From Candidatus Bathyarchaeia archaeon (lineage in GTDB: Archaea > Thermoproteota > Bathyarchaeia > Bathyarchaeales > Bathycorpusculaceae), in the NCBI GenBank assembly GCA_049512935.1, contig JBEKWR010000013.1, positions 1 through 58,747 of the forward strand: a stretch of DNA of 58,747 nucleotides. The letters are read 5' to 3'. Shown piece by piece: positions 53,810 through 58,747 of the stretch. The notes beneath the pieces are model-generated. The model worked only from the letters and a program-made list of their open reading frames with translations, made no database searches and was not told where the DNA came from. The translations under genes and the position numbers were made by a program. Each line of letters opens with the position of its first letter. Position 1 is the stretch's first letter.

Positions 53810-56116
53810 TTATCCCCCGATCTGATTGATGTCCGATCTAACCTTAAAAATGGCAACTTCATTGTTAATAAATACAAGGCTAAACTCGGGGTCACACGCA
53901 AATTTGGCGTTTACGCCAAAATCTCGGTTTGCAACGTAGGAAATCGAGTTCGCCTGCAAAGCCTCTTTATAATCAAACGTGGTGATAGGCAAAGTTTCAA
54001 CTGGTTTCTGCGCGTTTTGAACGTTATCCATCAACGTCTTGTTAAGGCTCGCCGGGTTCACAACATCATTTTCCGTGACCTGGTAGACTCCAACCAAAAT
54101 CTGTATTTCCGCAGAAGACTTCCCCTGCAAATTGTAAGAGAGCTGTGTGACACATGGGTTTGCCGCGTTAAACGAGGAGATTAAGGGCTGATTTTTCACG
54201 AAAATTAGTTGACCGACCTCTTTCAATCCTGGATCCAACATCGCAATGGTGTTGTTGAACGGCTGCAGAAATTCGCCTTGGGCATTCATCACGAAATTGA
54301 TCCAGTCTAAGGAGACATTCTGGTTGATGCTTTGAACCACTATGGTCATGTTTGCGAAGGCAACGCCCTGGGAAACCGTCAGGATTTCTGAGTAACTGAA
54401 GTCGCTGTTCGCCTTCTCAACCACGATTGACGGGCTGCTACTCTGCGCGCCTACCATTTGCATGTTGGTTACAGGGACCTGTGTTATGTCAGTGGACTGC
54501 ACAGACCCAGCATTCTGCGAAAGCAACGTGATTTCGCTATCGTTAAACTGAAAGAACGGAAACGGGAAATAAGTCCAGTTAAGGTCTGCCAGAAACTCAG
54601 GATTATGTCTCCCAACGTAACCGCCATCTTCTCTAACTTGAACGTAACCGTTATCGATAACATAATCCGTGTCAAGCAGGTTAGATGCAACAGTCGCTGG
54701 GGCTAACTCGCTGTTAACCGTTAAGTACTGCGGTTGAACCGCGCTTAAGGTTGGCCGCTGTGCAAAACCGCCAAGCCACCACCCGTAAAGAGCGTCAGAC
54801 ACAAACACCGAGCCGGGCGGAGTGTTTTGCTGGGCCCATTGAATGGCTTGGTAACCAGGATTGTCCATCACTTGATAGAAACTTTGAATTGTAACGCCTT
54901 GCCACGGCGTAAGAAAGATCGGGAGAGTTAGTAGAAAAATAAGAATGAAGCCTAATGCGAACAGTGAATAAACTCTCTTACCTGTTAAACCGGCTGAGAT
55001 ACGCGATGCCCACTTGTTCGCGTTCCGCTTTGTCTTCTGAATTTGGCTGGTAAGAGCGCGGTAAGTGTCTGTCAGGTGTGAAAAGTACGCTGCGCCGTGG
55101 TCTATCATGACGGCGAAAACTATTATGACAGGCAAGACCAAAAAGTAAAGAAACCGATTGTAATCAACGTAGAGCCCAAACATGAAGCCCTGCGTAAGCA
55201 CCAAGGGAACGAAAAGCCACATGATCAGCAGGAAACTTGGAAGCGAAAGGAATCGGCGTTTGTATTTTTTGGACAACAAGAAGAGCGGCAAAAGACAAGC
55301 GAAGAGAGCTAACACTTCATCGAGAGGAAGCACCCTCGTCGAAAGAATCGCTTGATTAATAGCGTTAACAGCGGAAAATGAAGAGTTAGCGCTCAAATAA
55401 GCTGGAACTGCACTTGCCAAGAAAGGCGAAACAAGAAGGGCTCCGCCTAACAGCGGGAGCAGCCAAAAGGAAACGTTTTTTCTCGTTGTCCCGAAAGTTT
55501 TAGGAAAAAGCAGCCCAAAAAGAACTGTAGAGACAGTGATGCCGACAAAAACGACGGCGCTCAAGGAGTGCGTCAGGAAAATTGAACCCACCAGAATTGA
55601 GGTTGAAACAAGAAACGGCGCAGACGACAACTTTTCTCTACGGAGAAACAAGTAGAAGGTCACAGGAATCAAAAGCAGAGTTATTACGTTGGGGTAGCCT
55701 GCCCACATAAGCATCTCAATATCGAAGCGGGAGACCGCGACCAAAAAAGCAACAATGAAAGCCGCTGATTCACTCCACACCGCCCGAGTTATCAAGAAAG
55801 CAGCTAAAACAATAAACGAGGAAAAGAAAGCTACAGTGACCGCTTGCGCCACGTAGTCGGACATGCCAGTCACGAGGATTACGCCTGAAGTGAAAATGTG
55901 GAAACCAGGGAACGTTAACGATTGCCCTCCCCCCATCTGGTAGTAATCATACAGAAAATTGGTGTGCCCCGACGGATTGATCGAGTTAATGACGCTGGCA
56001 TGCAAGCCTATGTCGGCACCAGGCGGAAAACCCTGCCAAAACATTAGAACTACGCGGTAAATGAACGCGAAAACGAGGATTAAGGGCAGTAGCACATATT
56101 TTTTTTCTTTGAACAT
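53810..56116 (-). CDS. Polytopic membrane protein, GT-C-type glycosyltransferase-like (paralog of 51396-53801)
   Basis: GADIGLH, FPGFH, WAGYPN, THSLS, then AIQWAQQNTP...SDALYGWW. Confidence 0.7.
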   Translation of the reverse strand: MFKEKKYVLLPLILVFAFIYRVVLMFWQGFPPGADIGLHASVINSINPSGHTNFLYDYYQMGGGQSLTFPGFHIFTSGVILVTGMSDYVAQAVTVAFFSSFIVLAAFLITRAVWSESAAFIVAFLVAVSRFDIEMLMWAGYPNVITLLLIPVTFYLFLRREKLSSAPFLVSTSILVGSIFLTHSLSAVVFVGITVSTVLFGLLFPKTFGTTRKNVSFWLLPLLGGALLVSPFLASAVPAYLSANSSFSAVNAINQAILSTRVLPLDEVLALFACLLPLFLLSKKYKRRFLSLPSFLLIMWLFVPLVLTQGFMFGLYVDYNRFLYFLVLPVIIVFAVMIDHGAAYFSHLTDTYRALTSQIQKTKRNANKWASRISAGLTGKRVYSLFALGFILIFLLTLPIFLTPWQGVTIQSFYQVMDNPGYQAIQWAQQNTPPGSVFVSDALYGWWLGGFAQRPTLSAVQPQYLTVNSELAPATVASNLLDTDYVIDNGYVQVREDGGYVGRHNPEFLADLNWTYFPFPFFQFNDSEITLLSQNAGSVQSTDITQVPVTNMQMVGAQSSSPSIVVEKANSDFSYSEILTVSQGVAFANMTIVVQSINQNVSLDWINFVMNAQGEFLQPFNNTIAMLDPGLKEVGQLIFVKNQPLISSFNAANPCVTQLSYNLQGKSSAEIQILVGVYQVTENDVVNPASLNKTLMDNVQNAQKPVETLPITTFDYKEALQANSISYVANRDFGVNAKFACDPEFSLVFINNEVAIFKVRSDINQIGG

Positions 56117-56170
56117 TTGCTTCCTTCTCTTTCCGTAGTCTGCTTTTGTGTTTAACCGAAATCCTTAGTC

Positions 56171-56182
56171 AAAGCTTAAATA
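56171..56182 (+). promoter_or_regulatory. Probable BRE/TATA promoter of the corrinoid-MtrH operon
   Basis: AAAGCTTAAATA about 55 nt upstream of ATG 56236. Confidence 0.4.
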
Positions 56183-56235
56183 TGGAACTCGAGTATAAAA
56201 AGCCCAGAGTAATAAAAAGGAAAAAAGGTGTTTAA

Positions 56236-56664
56236 ATGTCTTGGCTTAAATCTATGATGGAGAAAGAGCCTCCAGAACCAGAGAATCCAATCGGCGTTGT
56301 CGTTATTGGCAATATCGAACCGGACATGCATGACACAGCAAAAGAAGCAGTCAGAAGGTCACTAAAACGCGCTGGGTTTAAAACAATCGACGTTGGCAAA
56401 AGCGTTGCCCCGCAAGTCTTCGTTGACAAGGCAAGAGAGAACAACGCAGACCTTATCGCAATTTCGGTGAACACGGTGCCAGCTAAGAACAATCTGCCGA
56501 AGCTTGATGAAGCGTTAAAGGCCGCCGGACTCAAAGGCAAAGTCGCCATAATCATGGGCGGTGCCGCCGTCAAAAAAGAAGACGCTGACGCTATGGGTGC
56601 ACTCTTTGGCAAAAACAAGGAAGAGGCTCCTGAACTCGCAAAGAAAGCAATAGGCAAAAAATAA
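56236..56664 (+). CDS. Stand-alone cobalamin-binding (corrinoid) protein
   Basis: IEPDMHDTAK (DxH motif), DVG, IAIS, IMGGAAV; B12 Rossmann domain only. Confidence 0.88.
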   Translation: MSWLKSMMEKEPPEPENPIGVVVIGNIEPDMHDTAKEAVRRSLKRAGFKTIDVGKSVAPQVFVDKARENNADLIAISVNTVPAKNNLPKLDEALKAAGLKGKVAIIMGGAAVKKEDADAMGALFGKNKEEAPELAKKAIGKK

Positions 56665-56682
56665 TTCTTCAGATGAGGAAAA

Positions 56683-57594
56683 ATGTCCTTTAAATTCAAC
56701 ACGGAACAAAAGATATACACTGTCGGACGGGCTAAAGTAGGCGGTCAGCCAGGAGAACTACCGACTTTCCTGATTGGCTCCATCTTTTGGCTTGGCCAGA
56801 AAATGGTTCAAGACGCAAACAAGGGTATTTTTGATGCGAAGGCAGCTGAGGACATAATCAACACGATGCAGACTCAAAGTGACATTACGGGTGTGCAGTT
56901 CGCTTTTGACATTGTTGGAACTACTGATATGGCCTTTGAGAAGTACATTGACTTCGTTGCAAAACACAGTGAAGCACCGTTGATGCTTGATGCCATGAGT
57001 CCAAAGACACGTATGATGGCGGCTACTACCGCGAAGAAGATGGGTCTTGCAGACAGATGTCTCTACAACTCAGTTTACAAAGGTGTAACTGATGTTGAAT
57101 TGGCGAATTTGAAAGAAAGCGGCGTCAAAATGTCCATAGTGCTTGCTGATGACCCTAAAGATACCACCATGGAGGGTAAAATGAAGGTTATCCAGGAAGC
57201 ATTAGCGTTGGCAGAAAAAGGTGGAATCACGAAGCCTTTGATTGACACAGCTATTCCCGCGTTCGCTCCAGACATGGGCACTGCCGTTAGAACTATACCG
57301 ATCATGAAAGAGAAGTATGGTCACCCAGTAGGCTTGGGCAGCGGAAACGTTGTCACAACCATGGGTTGGGTTAAAGCTAACGTTGCTAAAGAATTTCGCC
57401 CCGGATGCAGAACCTCAACCAACTCGATAATGCAGACAGCAGGCGCAAACTGGCTAATGATTGGACCCGCAGAGCAGGCAGAATGGATTTTCCCAGCCGT
57501 TGCAGTAACTGACACGTATATTGCTTCAGCCGCAGGCGACCTTGGAACGAGACCAATAGACGAGACTCACCCGATCTACAAGATGTTCATGTAA
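56683..57594 (+). CDS. mtrH: Methyl-H4MPT/H4F:corrinoid methyltransferase, MtrH/MtgA-like
   Basis: FKF...GGQPGELPTFLIGSIF, PLMLD, LYNS, PLIDTA, KYGHPVGLGSGN. Confidence 0.85.
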   Translation: MSFKFNTEQKIYTVGRAKVGGQPGELPTFLIGSIFWLGQKMVQDANKGIFDAKAAEDIINTMQTQSDITGVQFAFDIVGTTDMAFEKYIDFVAKHSEAPLMLDAMSPKTRMMAATTAKKMGLADRCLYNSVYKGVTDVELANLKESGVKMSIVLADDPKDTTMEGKMKVIQEALALAEKGGITKPLIDTAIPAFAPDMGTAVRTIPIMKEKYGHPVGLGSGNVVTTMGWVKANVAKEFRPGCRTSTNSIMQTAGANWLMIGPAEQAEWIFPAVAVTDTYIASAAGDLGTRPIDETHPIYKMFM

Positions 57595-57597
57595 AAA

Positions 57598-57618
57598 CCC
57601 CTTTCCTTATTTTTTATT
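57598..57618 (+). terminator. Probable pyrimidine-rich terminator
   Basis: CCCCTTTCCTTATTTTTTATT just after the mtrH stop. Confidence 0.5.
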
Positions 57619-57643
57619 GTTAAAGTTTTGAAGCGCGGAAAAT

Positions 57644-58036
57644 CTGAAGCCTCTTAGATGGTTTGAAATTATCGTTGCCTTCACGGTTCTAACGTTAGCT
57701 GTGACTTACTTTATTCCCGGCAACTCGTTTTTTGCGGTTTTGCGTTATGTTTTCGGTTTTGTCTTTGTCGTTTTTCTTCCCGGTTACTGTTTGATTAATG
57801 CTTTGTTTACGGGCAAGAACAGGCTTGATTCTGTCGAGCAGCTTGTGTTGTCGGTGGCGTTGAGTTTTGGTTTAGATGGTTTGATAGGTTTGTTTCTGGG
57901 TCTTTCGCCCATAGGCATCAATTTTACTTCGATAACGGTTTCGCTTAGCGCTGTGGTGCTGGTTTTTGCGGCTGTCGCGTTGGCGAGAATGCTACGAGAG
58001 CCTGATGTGCAGAGCTCTGAGCAGGTAAGCGCCTGA
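57644..58036 (+). CDS. DUF1616-like protein, N-terminal membrane half
   Basis: LRYVFGFVFVVFLPGY...LDSVEQLVLSVALS...LGLSPIGI. Track start is GTG 57701; the frame is open to CTG 57644, which adds a first TM. Confidence 0.75.
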   Translation: MKPLRWFEIIVAFTVLTLAVTYFIPGNSFFAVLRYVFGFVFVVFLPGYCLINALFTGKNRLDSVEQLVLSVALSFGLDGLIGLFLGLSPIGINFTSITVSLSAVVLVFAAVALARMLREPDVQSSEQVSA

Positions 58037-58747
58037 AGTTTTCACCGCTGACTTCCCGTATGTTCCGCCCCTGCGCATCATGTGAAGAACGTATCCTGGG
58101 CGCAGGTAGAATTGCTGGTAGGCTTTGTAGCGGATTTCCGAGAGTTTCTCCATGGTCAGCCACGGGGTTTCAAAGGTTGGTCCCGCCGTGTCGTATTTGT
58201 CGAAGTCTGTGACCCGTAGCCAACCGTTCTTCTTAACTTGCTCGTACATGGGCGTTCCTGGGTAAGGCGTAGCAACGTAGAAGCCGACGTCATCGAGTTT
58301 AAGTTCCTTAACAAAGCGAATCGTTTCTTTTGCTGTCTGCTCCGTTTCGCCTGGGAAACCCAACACAACGTTCCCAATCGTCATTAACCCAACTTCAGTT
58401 GCTGTCTTAAATGCTGTGCGTGTTTGGTCAAGCTTGATTTTCTTGTTCATCTTACCCAAAATCACTTCGGAACCTGACTCGACGCCCATCCAAACAGCTA
58501 TGCAGCCTGCTTCATGCATGGTTTTGAGCATTTCTCGGTCAACCATGTCGACGCGTGTGCCGCAGTCCCACGTCATGTCGAGTTTTCGGGCGTGGAGTTC
58601 CTCGCAGATTTTGAGGACTCGGTCGCGGTTAACTGAGAAGGCGTCGTCGTAGAAGGTGACTTGGTCTACGCCGTACTTGTCGTGGACTAGCTGCATTTCG
58701 TCGACGACGTTTTTGGGGCTTCTGAAACGGTAGCCTCTGCCGAACAT
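57992..58747 (-). CDS. Cobalamin-dependent radical SAM enzyme, partial (5' end beyond window)
   Basis: FYDDAF, CGTRVD, GVESGS, DVGFYVATPYPGT; close to the C-terminal halves of 21163-22575 and 31247-32632. Confidence 0.88.
   Translation of the reverse strand: MFGRGYRFRSPKNVVDEMQLVHDKYGVDQVTFYDDAFSVNRDRVLKICEELHARKLDMTWDCGTRVDMVDREMLKTMHEAGCIAVWMGVESGSEVILGKMNKKIKLDQTRTAFKTATEVGLMTIGNVVLGFPGETEQTAKETIRFVKELKLDDVGFYVATPYPGTPMYEQVKKNGWLRVTDFDKYDTAGPTFETPWLTMEKLSEIRYKAYQQFYLRPGYVLHMMRRGGTYGKSAVKTSGAYLLRALHIRLS

Noticed and set aside
56236-57594. Evidence for methanogenesis (Mtr complex)
   Set aside because: MtrH alone without mtrA-G or mcr is not diagnostic, and the corrinoid protein is not MtrA-type.

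Overview
Archaeal chromosomal window, most likely Bathyarchaeia (inferred from gene content: secreted PQQ-like beta-propellers, a tandem Lrp/AsnC regulator, a stand-alone MtrH with a corrinoid protein, tetraether synthase). It is dense in radical-SAM enzymes, 12 in about 59 kb: 7 cobalamin-dependent (class B), 3 SPASM-type, 1 HemN-like and 1 tetraether synthase (Tes/GDGT-MAS) homolog that abuts a DGGGP-synthase-like prenyltransferase. These are interleaved with corrinoid salvage genes (cobS, cobY, cobD, cbiB, three DUF71/Dph6-like ATP pyrophosphatases), a corrinoid protein plus MtrH, an orphan RnfD-ferredoxin fusion, and GT2/GT4/GT-C glycosyltransferases. The leading hypothesis is a cobalamin-fed cell-envelope (tetraether lipid and glycan) tailoring supercluster. 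Sequence-level oddities: an in-frame TAG in cbiB, a 2-kb AT-rich insert bracketed by a duplicated cobD 3' end, an orphan nuclease next to a truncated HEPN toxin start, a 95-bp repeat in inverted orientation 11.7 kb apart, a 10-bp-phased TCCCGT array, and a 93-bp in-frame hairpin-rich element inside a GT-C gene. No rRNA, tRNA, CRISPR array, integrase or transposase was recognised. All family calls come from reading motifs by eye; no searches were run.
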